From: Oscillospiraceae bacterium
GTDB lineage: Bacteria > Bacillota > Clostridia > Oscillospirales > Ruminococcaceae
Length of the DNA: 64,000 nucleotides
Reading direction: 5' to 3'
NCBI GenBank assembly: GCA_017399765.1
Contig: JAFQBH010000014.1
Coordinates: forward strand, 3,162 to 67,161
Shown here: one piece after another, positions 46,293-53,449 of the stretch
Layout of the letters: every line of letters starts with the position of its first letter
Numbering within the stretch: the stretch's first letter is position 1
Program-made: the position numbers and the translations under genes
Notes under the pieces: model-generated
The model's database searches: none
What the model was told of the DNA's origin: nothing
Seen by the model: the letters and a program-made list of their open reading frames with translations, nothing else

Positions 46293-46991
46293 TTGTCGAA
46301 CGCAGAAGAATATATCCAGAAGTTCAAAGAGCTTGAATCCGTTGTAAAAGATACTTTTGGGCTTAATGATTGGGATTCCGTTACAAATTTTCTTTCAAAA
46401 CGCGAAGAATACCGCCCATACCGCGAAGAAATAAAATATTGCCAGGAAGTGCGCAACCTTCTTCAGCACAAACAAAAAATAGGTGGGGAATATCCGGTTG
46501 AACCCACAAGAGAAATGATAAATTTTCTTGAAAAAACCATTGATTCTCTTAAAAACCGAAAGAAATGCGGCGAAATAATGGTTCCTTTAAATCGGCTTTT
46601 CTTCCGCAGAGAAAAAGACTGTTTGCGCGAAACTCTTTTTAAAATGAGAGAAATTCCTTCCGGTCACGTTCCGATTCTTGATGAAAGCGGAAAAGTTTCG
46701 GGGATTTTCACCGCGGTTTCTTTGCTTAACATAATGGCTGACCGCAAAGGGGAACCTCTTGAAAAAAATGCGGATTTTATTTCTTTTAAAAAATACATTT
46801 CTTTCGATCACCACGACAGTGAAGTTTACCGTTACGTAAAAAGTTCTTTGTATGTGGATGAACTTAAGGATATTTTTGAACACACCTATTCCGGAGGAAA
46901 ACGCCTTGCCATGGTGTTCGTAACCTCCAACGGGCAAGAAGACGGAAAGCTTCTCGGAACAATTTCACCCTGGGATGTTCTCGGAAAATAA
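46293..46991 (+). CDS. CBS-pair protein with an N-terminal helical domain carrying an Rx4H (HEPN-like) motif
   Basis: TTG start with RBS AAAGGGG. N-terminal ~95 aa contain EVRNLLQH. C-terminal ~130 aa have two CBS-like units (VPILDESGKVSGIFT; VFVTSNGQEDGKLLGTISPWDVL). Confidence 0.65.
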   Translation: MSNAEEYIQKFKELESVVKDTFGLNDWDSVTNFLSKREEYRPYREEIKYCQEVRNLLQHKQKIGGEYPVEPTREMINFLEKTIDSLKNRKKCGEIMVPLNRLFFRREKDCLRETLFKMREIPSGHVPILDESGKVSGIFTAVSLLNIMADRKGEPLEKNADFISFKKYISFDHHDSEVYRYVKSSLYVDELKDIFEHTYSGGKRLAMVFVTSNGQEDGKLLGTISPWDVLGK

Positions 46992-47137
46992 AATATTTTT
47001 TCAAAAAATGCAACAAAACGGGTAAAAATTAACACTTATTTAATAGTATTTAACTCATTAACGGCTTGTTTTTGAATAAATATAATGCTATTATTATATT
47101 TGTAGAAGATTGCCTATCCAGAAAGGAATGATATAAT

Positions 47138-48616
47138 TTGTCCGAAGAATTGAAAAACTCCGGAGCTGAACAGCCCGCGAAAAAACCGTTTTCCGTAACC
47201 ATTCCCGAAGACGATTTCGTAAACGATATTCCCGCACCGGAAAGCGATGTTCCGGTCAGCGAAAAAACTCATAAAGTCGTGCGTTATGTTGAAAGCGAAC
47301 CTAAAAAAGAAAAACCCAAAAAACCCGAAAAAAAGAAAAACGGGTTTGTCGGTGAGTTTTTCGCAGGTGCCGCTGCGGGTGCAAAATCCGTAAGCGAGGG
47401 AATTTCTGCCGGAATTAAAACCGTTTCCGAAAAGAAACCCAAAACCGAAAAGCCTGCCAAAGAACCCAAACCGGTCAAAGAACCCAAGCCTGTTAAAGAA
47501 AAACCCGTTAAGATCGAAGAGGTCGATGAAACCCAGTTCCCCAAAGACGATAAAAAGGTTTCCAAAAGTCCTTTTGACGGAATTATGAAAAAAATCAACG
47601 CTCTTCCCACAAAAACGGTAATCGGCGGAGCCGCCGTTCTTTTGGTGGTGATCATCGCAATTATCCTTCTTGCCGCAACAAGCTGTTCTCCGCAAGGAAA
47701 CGAACCTTCTGAAAATCCTTCTTCCCAGGGTGGAATCACCATCGATCCCCTTAACCCCGGAAACAACGAATCCCAGCCGGAAGAAAACCCGATAATCGAA
47801 GTTCCCACAAGAAGCGAACAGTTCGCCGAAGCTTTTAACGCCAACAATGACGTTGTCGGCTGGCTTTATATTCCCGGCCTTTCCGACGTTGACGCAGGTG
47901 TCTGCTTCAGCTATGACGGTTCTTATCCTTATAACAAACGTGACGTTACCGGCAAAAAAGTTCCCAACAGTTATTGGATAAACGGCGCTTATTACACCCA
48001 TTACCGCGGAATTTTCGGTGACATTTCCGAAGAACTTTCCAGCAACACCGTAATTTTCGGTCACAGCGACCTTGGCGTAACAAACCTTGCTTATACCAAT
48101 GACGACCCCACCGGTCCTCTTTTCTCCCAGCTTTTCAACTTCAAAGATCCTTCCTTCGCCGAAAAAACTCCTTACATCTATCTTACCCTTCCGGGCGAAG
48201 ATACCGTTTGGGAAGTTTTCTCCGTTTTCTATAATGACGTAAAAGCCCTTAACAGCACCTTCTCTAAATATTACAAGAAAAACGGCGGCGACCTTTGGTA
48301 CATTGAACCCAACCCCGCAAAAGATGAATATCAGCTTATGCTTGACCATATCCTTGACCGTTCCCTTTATGATTACGGTATCGAAGTCACCACCGATGAC
48401 CAGATTCTTACCCTTTCCACCTGCACCGTCGGTTACGGATATGCCCAGAAAGATAACCACCGTTTTGTAATCGTTGCAAAACTTGTTACCGACCCGGCAG
48501 CGCAGCATATTGCGAAGAATGCTTCCTTCACCATCAATGCAGACGCACCGATTCCTTCTTCTTATAAAGAAGAGTTCGAAGGTTATGTAAAAAGCTGGAA
48601 ACCTTCCGAAAATTGA
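47138..48616 (+). CDS. Class B sortase with a ~170-aa Lys/Pro/Glu-rich cytoplasmic N-terminal extension
   Basis: VVGWLYIPG, NTVIFGHSD (His), LTLSTCT (Cys), HRFVIVA (Arg). TM TVIGGAAVLLVVIIAIILLAA. TTG start. Confidence 0.8.
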   Translation: MSEELKNSGAEQPAKKPFSVTIPEDDFVNDIPAPESDVPVSEKTHKVVRYVESEPKKEKPKKPEKKKNGFVGEFFAGAAAGAKSVSEGISAGIKTVSEKKPKTEKPAKEPKPVKEPKPVKEKPVKIEEVDETQFPKDDKKVSKSPFDGIMKKINALPTKTVIGGAAVLLVVIIAIILLAATSCSPQGNEPSENPSSQGGITIDPLNPGNNESQPEENPIIEVPTRSEQFAEAFNANNDVVGWLYIPGLSDVDAGVCFSYDGSYPYNKRDVTGKKVPNSYWINGAYYTHYRGIFGDISEELSSNTVIFGHSDLGVTNLAYTNDDPTGPLFSQLFNFKDPSFAEKTPYIYLTLPGEDTVWEVFSVFYNDVKALNSTFSKYYKKNGGDLWYIEPNPAKDEYQLMLDHILDRSLYDYGIEVTTDDQILTLSTCTVGYGYAQKDNHRFVIVAKLVTDPAAQHIAKNASFTINADAPIPSSYKEEFEGYVKSWKPSEN

Positions 48617-48656
48617 TGAAACATAAAAAAACGGACGGCTTTGCCTTCCGTTTTTA

Positions 48657-48685
48657 TTGCATCGGTTTTTAAAACGTGATATAAT
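48657..48685 (+). promoter_or_regulatory. Sigma-A promoter of queT
   Basis: TTGCAT-17 nt-TATAAT. Confidence 0.65.
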
Positions 48686-48693
48686 TGCAAATC

Positions 48694-48736
48694 AGTGAGT
48701 TCGAAGCCTTCCTCACTTAAAACAAAACCAAAGGAG
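48694..48736 (+). promoter_or_regulatory. Probable preQ1-I riboswitch (translational, SD-sequestering)
   Basis: P1 AGUGAG/CUCACU; 12-nt loop starting UUC and ending C; A-rich tail UUAAAACAAAACCAAAGGAG resembling the Thermoanaerobacter preQ1-I tail UUAACAAAACAAGG. Loop CCUU can pair with AAGG of the SD. Lies upstream of queT. Confidence 0.55.
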
Positions 48737-48746
48737 ATTTTTAAAA

Positions 48747-49235
48747 ATGCATAACAGAAAAAGCAAAACAAGGTTTTTGACAACAAGCGCAATGATCGCA
48801 GCGCTTTACGTTGTTCTTACGGAACTTTCCGCGGTTTTCGGAATTTCAAGCGGAGTTATCCAGTTCCGCCTTTCGGAAATGTTCGCTGTGCTTCCGATTT
48901 TTACTCCCGCGGCAATTCCCGGTGTTTTTATCGGCTGCCTGATTTCCAACATTATGACCGGCGGAGTGATCTGGGACGTTGTTTTCGGAAGTCTTGCAAG
49001 CCTTATCGGTGCCCTCGGCGCCTGGTTTTTGCGTAAAAAAAGCGTTTATCTTGCGCCGGTTCCGACCATCGCGGCGAACATGCTGATAATTCCTTTTGTC
49101 CTTCGATATGCTTACGGAATGGAAGGAACGATTCCGTTCTTTATGCTTACCGTAGGCATCGGAGAATTTGTCTGCGCCGGGATCTTCGGTGTTTTCCTTG
49201 CGAAAACTCTTAAAAAATATAAGATAATTTTCTGA
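48747..49235 (+). CDS. queT: Queuosine-precursor transporter QueT
   Basis: 162 aa, 5 TM, TTSAMIAALYVVLT...IQFRLSE typical of QueT (ECF S-component-like). Confidence 0.8.
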   Translation: MHNRKSKTRFLTTSAMIAALYVVLTELSAVFGISSGVIQFRLSEMFAVLPIFTPAAIPGVFIGCLISNIMTGGVIWDVVFGSLASLIGALGAWFLRKKSVYLAPVPTIAANMLIIPFVLRYAYGMEGTIPFFMLTVGIGEFVCAGIFGVFLAKTLKKYKIIF

Positions 49236-49265
49236 AAAAAGCCTCTGCAACGCAGAGGCTTTTTT
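49235..49265 (+). terminator. Intrinsic terminator after queT
   Basis: AGCCTCTGC-AAC-GCAGAGGCT + TTTTTT. Confidence 0.85.
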
Positions 49266-49331
49266 GTTGACTAACTTTTCTTTTTGCTATATCATTAAAT
49301 ACAGATAAAATCTGCTCAAAAGGAGAAAATA

Positions 49332-49763
49332 ATGGAAAAACTTCTGATAAGCGCCTGCCTTCTCGGTGTTTCCTGCCGCTATGACGGAAAAAGCAAGCCC
49401 CTTTCCGGCGTTGAAAAACTTTTTGAAAAATATGAACTTATTCCGGTTTGCGCGGAAATTTTCGGCGGACTTCCTACCCCAAGAGTTCCCGCGGAAATTT
49501 CCGGAGAAAAAGTTATCACAAGCGACGGTCGCAATGTTACCGCTGAATATCTTAAAGGTGCAAAAGAGGTCCTTCGGCTCGGAAAACTTTTCGGCGCAAA
49601 AAAAGCCCTCCTTAAAGAGCGCAGTCCTTCCTGCGGAAGCGGAACCATACATAACGGAAAATTTGACGGCGGGCTTGTTCCCGGCTTCGGAAAAACCGCC
49701 GCGCTTCTTATTGAAAACGGTTTTGAAGTTTTCGGCGAATCGGAAATTGAAAAAATTTTATAA
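49332..49763 (+). CDS. DUF523-family protein (TudS-like [4Fe-4S] thiouracil desulfidase family)
   Basis: MEKLLISACLLGVSCRYDGKSK and ERSPSCG are family-typical Cys motifs. Length 143 aa. Confidence 0.75.
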   Translation: MEKLLISACLLGVSCRYDGKSKPLSGVEKLFEKYELIPVCAEIFGGLPTPRVPAEISGEKVITSDGRNVTAEYLKGAKEVLRLGKLFGAKKALLKERSPSCGSGTIHNGKFDGGLVPGFGKTAALLIENGFEVFGESEIEKIL

Positions 49764-49816
49764 AAAGAACAAAACGCAGAAACGAAAGACGTTCCTGCGT
49801 TTTTTGTTTTTTCCGT

Positions 49817-51736
49817 TTATTCCTGAGTCTTCGGAATTGTTATGGTAACTTTATAAAGATCCCCGTCAAGGGTGAGTTCAAAAGTTCCGCCGCAAAGTTC
49901 CGTAAGGGATTTTGCAATGGAAAGGCCAAGGCCGTTTCCTTCGCTGTTTCTGGAGGCATCTCCACGGACAAAACGTTCCATAAGGGCTTCGGCTGTCATA
50001 TTCAGCGGGTCTTTTGAAATGTTCTTAATGGTAAGAACGGCGTTGTTTTCCGCCTCTGTAAGGTCGAAATAGGCCCTTGTTCCCGGCTGGGCATATTTTA
50101 TTATATTCTGAATAAGGTTATCAAAAACGCGCCAGAGAAGCCTTCCGTCGGTGCATACATACACTTCGTTTTCCGGAAGATTAATAACCGGAGTTATTTC
50201 CGCCGCTTCAAGCTTTTCGGAAAATTCGCCCACGGATTGATTTATAAGTTCGCCGATGTTAAGAACTTCTTTATTGACGCTAACGGCGCCGCTTGTTGCT
50301 TTCGAAGCTTCCACAAGGTCTTCCGTAAGTTTTTTAAGTTTTGCGCTCTGGCGGTCGATAACATCTATATATCCAAGGGCGGTTTCGTTTTCGATGTTCT
50401 CTTTTTTAAGAAGGTCAACGTAGGAAACGATCGAAGTTAGCGGTGTTTTAAGATCATGGCTGACGTTGGTGATAAGTTCGGTTTTAAAACGTTCACTCTT
50501 CATTCTGTCGTCAACCGCTTTGGACATTCCCATGGCGGCGCTGTTGAGGTTATAAGCATGACCGCGCAAAGCCGGCCAGAGCTCCCTTGAATTTATGCGG
50601 TAATCAAAATCGCCGTTAGCAATTGCTTCGCCGCCGCGCTTTATTTTCCGAAGCTGGGAACCGAACCAGATTGCAATGCAGATTCCGGCAACGATTATGA
50701 AAAGCGCAAGCAAAACCGCGAAGGCGCCGAGGTTATACCCAGTTGAAAGAATTCCGAAAAGATAAACGGTAAAGCTGTATCCGGCAACGGCAAGGGCAAG
50801 TTTCCAGGTAATTCCTATGTTGCGCATAAACCAGCGGAAAAATTTTAAAAAAACGCTTCCGATCTGATATAAAAAAGTGTGTTCCAAAATCTTTTCGGTT
50901 TTAATATGGGCGGAGATGCTCATAAGTGCGGCAAGGGTAAGGAAGGTAAGCGCCGCAAAGCAGACTCCGAAAGCCAGATACTTATAAACATCGTCATAGG
51001 CAAAACGCAGATTGTCCATAAGACCCACAACCGTAACGATTCCGATTCCGACAAGCAGAAGCAGAATATCAAAATCAATTGCGTTAAGACCGCGGAGATC
51101 AAGCCTTCCGCTTCCGTCATGTCCGGAAGCGGCGATCAGATAGATGCAGAGCACCACGTTTGCAACAAAACAGATTATTCCGTATCTTATGAATTCAAAA
51201 CGATATTTTGCGGTGAAGCTGAATATTTCATATTCGGAATAACCGTCGCCGTTCGGATCCATCGGCATTTTAAGATATCCGTTCATGGTATATTCCGCAA
51301 CGGGTTTTCCCTCTTCGGTAACCTCTTTTGCGGGATATTCGCTTACCATAAGGATATATCCCCTTGAACCGCTTTCTTCCGGAAGATGGGTTTCCGGTTT
51401 TCCGGTAATTCCGGCTTTAAGGGTGGAAAGAACCGTTTTCCCTTCGGAATCAAAAATTTCGAAGGCGAAGTTTTTTTCGTTGAAATAATATTCGTTTTCG
51501 ATAAGCCCGGTCATATCGTTCCAATAGATATATTCGTGGATATCGATAAGTTTTCCTGCAATAAAACTTTCCGCGGAAAAGGTCTGTTCAAATTCCGGGG
51601 TTTTTCCGGAAACATACATTTCGTCATCATAAGCTTCCGCCGCAAACCAGGCACAGCCGATAAGGATCGGGGTGATTATGCAGACCGCGGCGATTGCAAG
51701 GAGTTTTAAAAACAAACTTCCGTAAAGTTTTTTCAT
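49817..51736 (-). CDS. Sensor histidine kinase (multi-TM sensor, HAMP, HisKA, HATPase_c)
   Basis: H-box VSHDLKTPLTSI, N-box DNLIQNIIKYA, G-box GNGLGLSIAKS. 4-nt overlap with the response regulator gene. Confidence 0.9.
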   Translation of the reverse strand: MKKLYGSLFLKLLAIAAVCIITPILIGCAWFAAEAYDDEMYVSGKTPEFEQTFSAESFIAGKLIDIHEYIYWNDMTGLIENEYYFNEKNFAFEIFDSEGKTVLSTLKAGITGKPETHLPEESGSRGYILMVSEYPAKEVTEEGKPVAEYTMNGYLKMPMDPNGDGYSEYEIFSFTAKYRFEFIRYGIICFVANVVLCIYLIAASGHDGSGRLDLRGLNAIDFDILLLLVGIGIVTVVGLMDNLRFAYDDVYKYLAFGVCFAALTFLTLAALMSISAHIKTEKILEHTFLYQIGSVFLKFFRWFMRNIGITWKLALAVAGYSFTVYLFGILSTGYNLGAFAVLLALFIIVAGICIAIWFGSQLRKIKRGGEAIANGDFDYRINSRELWPALRGHAYNLNSAAMGMSKAVDDRMKSERFKTELITNVSHDLKTPLTSIVSYVDLLKKENIENETALGYIDVIDRQSAKLKKLTEDLVEASKATSGAVSVNKEVLNIGELINQSVGEFSEKLEAAEITPVINLPENEVYVCTDGRLLWRVFDNLIQNIIKYAQPGTRAYFDLTEAENNAVLTIKNISKDPLNMTAEALMERFVRGDASRNSEGNGLGLSIAKSLTELCGGTFELTLDGDLYKVTITIPKTQE

Positions 51737-52425
51737 TTTTTCCCCTCCAGTTTATAACCTTTTCCCCAGACAACTTTGAGATACCGGGGGTTTGCGGGAT
51801 CTATCTCAAGTTTTTCGCGAAGGTGGCGGATATGCACCGCAATGGTGCCTTCCGCACCCAAAGGATCGCTGCTCCAGACCGCGGAATAAATTTCCTTCGA
51901 GGAAAAAACCTTTCCCGGGTTTTTGATAAAAAGTTCGAGGATATCATATTCCGTAGGAGTCAGCGAAACCGGTTCGCCGTTAAGGGTAACGCTTTTTCCG
52001 CTTTCATCAAGTTCAATTCCGCCGACGGAAATTGTGTCTTCCTTTTTCTCCATTCCGCCGAAATAGGCATAGCGGCGAAGCTGGGCCTTAACCCTGGCGA
52101 TAACTTCCATTGGATTAAAAGGCTTTGTGATATAATCGTCCGCGCCGGCGGTAAGACCGAAAATTTTATCGTTATCTTCGCTTTTTGCGGTAAGGAAGAT
52201 AACCGGTGCGTTTGAATTTTCCCGAAGTTTCATAGTTGCGGAAACGCCGTCCATTTTCGGCATCATAATATCCATAAGTATAAGGTGGATTTCTTCCGCG
52301 GCAACAATCTCAAGAGCTTCGCTTCCGTTTTCCGCTTCAAAGATTTTATAGCCTTCGCCGGAAAGATATATTTTAAGGGCGTTGCGGATATCCCTGTCAT
52401 CATCGCAAATCAAAAGATTATACAA
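51733..52425 (-). CDS. OmpR-family response regulator
   Basis: TTG start 9 nt after GGAGG. Receiver LLICDDD...LILMDIMMPKMDG. Winged-helix C-terminus ...AVHIRHLREKLE. Confidence 0.9.
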   Translation of the reverse strand: MYNLLICDDDRDIRNALKIYLSGEGYKIFEAENGSEALEIVAAEEIHLILMDIMMPKMDGVSATMKLRENSNAPVIFLTAKSEDNDKIFGLTAGADDYITKPFNPMEVIARVKAQLRRYAYFGGMEKKEDTISVGGIELDESGKSVTLNGEPVSLTPTEYDILELFIKNPGKVFSSKEIYSAVWSSDPLGAEGTIAVHIRHLREKLEIDPANPRYLKVVWGKGYKLEGKK

Positions 52426-52511
52426 ATTTCTTCGCCTCCTCTTTTCTATATAATAACAGTTTAAACCTTAAGATTAAAGTGGGGAAATTCTTAATATTTT
52501 ATTAAGATTAT

Positions 52512-52549
52512 AAAAAAACTGCTCTTTTTTCGCAAAGAGCAGTTTTTTA
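52512..52549. terminator. Bidirectional intrinsic terminator
   Basis: AAAAAACTGCTCTTT-TTTCGC-AAAGAGCAGTTTTTT. Confidence 0.85.
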
Positions 52550-52897
52550 TAAAATATTACCACCCCATTTCTTTTGCAACCAAAAGAAACCGAGCAAAGC
52601 TTGCGAAGCGCGCCCAGTGGGCGAAACAGCGAGCAAGGTTTGGCGCCGCGGTCAAAATATTCAAGGCTTTATGCCGCAGAATATTTTGGGTACCGCAAGA
52701 GCAGGTTCCTGAAAGAAAAGTTCAAACCCCCAACCGCGTGCTCCCGCAAGCGATTCCCCCTTTGGAAAAGGGGGAATAAACCCACCACCGGCAGATAAAG
52801 TTTTCTAATCTCAACCGCCATCGTTCAGGCCGACGGCGGATTTTCATTATAAATCGGCGGCTCGACTAATATTTCGGGCAGATTTCATCCTCCCTTT
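52550..52897. other. Unassigned GC-rich, hairpin-dense region with no convincing ORF (candidate ncRNA or structured 3' UTR)
   Basis: At least six stable hairpins (52568-52589, 52611-52623, 52648-52696, 52753-52777, 52815-52839, 52860-52879). No credible ORF. Lies between the GNAT stop and the terminator. Confidence 0.4.
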
Positions 52898-53449
52898 TTA
52901 AAATTCATATTCAAGTTCACCGATTGGAATAATCGGCTTCGGAGGGACGGAAGGTGCGTTAAGCTGTTTTTCCATAATAACGATGCTGTGCCATTTTCCG
53001 AATTTATATCCGCAGTTTTTCCGGAACCCGTTTTTTATGAACCCGTATTTCTCATGCATTTTTATAGATGCCTCGTTGTCGTCGTTTATGAGAACATAAC
53101 AAATACAAAAATTCTGTTTTTTAAGAATATCGAGGATTTTTTCATAAAGAGCGGTTCCGATTCCCTTTCCTCTCGCATCTTCATCAAGATAAACGGAAGT
53201 TTCAACGGTCCATTGATAAGCCGCCCTTGTATATTCCGGTCCGCCATAGGCATAGCCGAGGATCTTTCCGTTTTCTTCATAAACTATCCAGGGATATTTC
53301 CTTTGGATTTCCGAAATTCTTTCGGAAAATTCCGAAAGGGAAGGAACTTCATATTCAAAGGTTATGGCGGTTTTTTCGATATATGGCGCATAAATTTTAA
53401 GAATCGCTTCTGCGTCTTTTTCGGTTGCAAAACGAATTTTTCCGGTCAT
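52898..53449 (-). CDS. GNAT N-acetyltransferase of the phosphinothricin/methionine-sulfoximine acetyltransferase type
   Basis: IRFATEKDAEAILKIYAPYIEKTAITFEYEVPS..., RGKGIGTALYEKIL, FGKWHS. Length 183 aa. Confidence 0.8.
   Translation of the reverse strand: MTGKIRFATEKDAEAILKIYAPYIEKTAITFEYEVPSLSEFSERISEIQRKYPWIVYEENGKILGYAYGGPEYTRAAYQWTVETSVYLDEDARGKGIGTALYEKILDILKKQNFCICYVLINDDNEASIKMHEKYGFIKNGFRKNCGYKFGKWHSIVIMEKQLNAPSVPPKPIIPIGELEYEF

Noticed and set aside
52607-52625. GCGCGCCCAGUGGGCG resembles the 5' end of group II introns (GUGCGCCCAGAUAGGGUG).
   Set aside because: There is no domain V/VI-like hairpin and no reverse transcriptase ORF. The whole region is only ~340 nt, too short for a group II intron.
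52680-52700. UUUGGGUACCGCAAG resembles the T-box motif (GGGUGGUACCGCG).
   Set aside because: It lacks the UGGN tRNA-acceptor pairing bases, the specifier loop and the AGAGA/GNUGA elements. No aminoacyl-tRNA-related gene lies downstream on that strand.
52700-52715. Minus-strand CAGGAACCUGC resembles the cobalamin riboswitch B12 box, and CCCACUGGG resembles its GCCACUG block.
   Set aside because: The order of the blocks is inverted relative to the cobalamin consensus. The GGUGAAAUCC-type core is missing, and no gene lies downstream before the terminator.
52574-52798. 74-aa plus-strand ORF, plus 13-aa and 41-aa minus-strand mini-ORFs inside the structured region.
   Set aside because: They have no usable RBS spacing, Arg/Trp/Pro-rich nonsense-like composition, and cut across strong hairpins.
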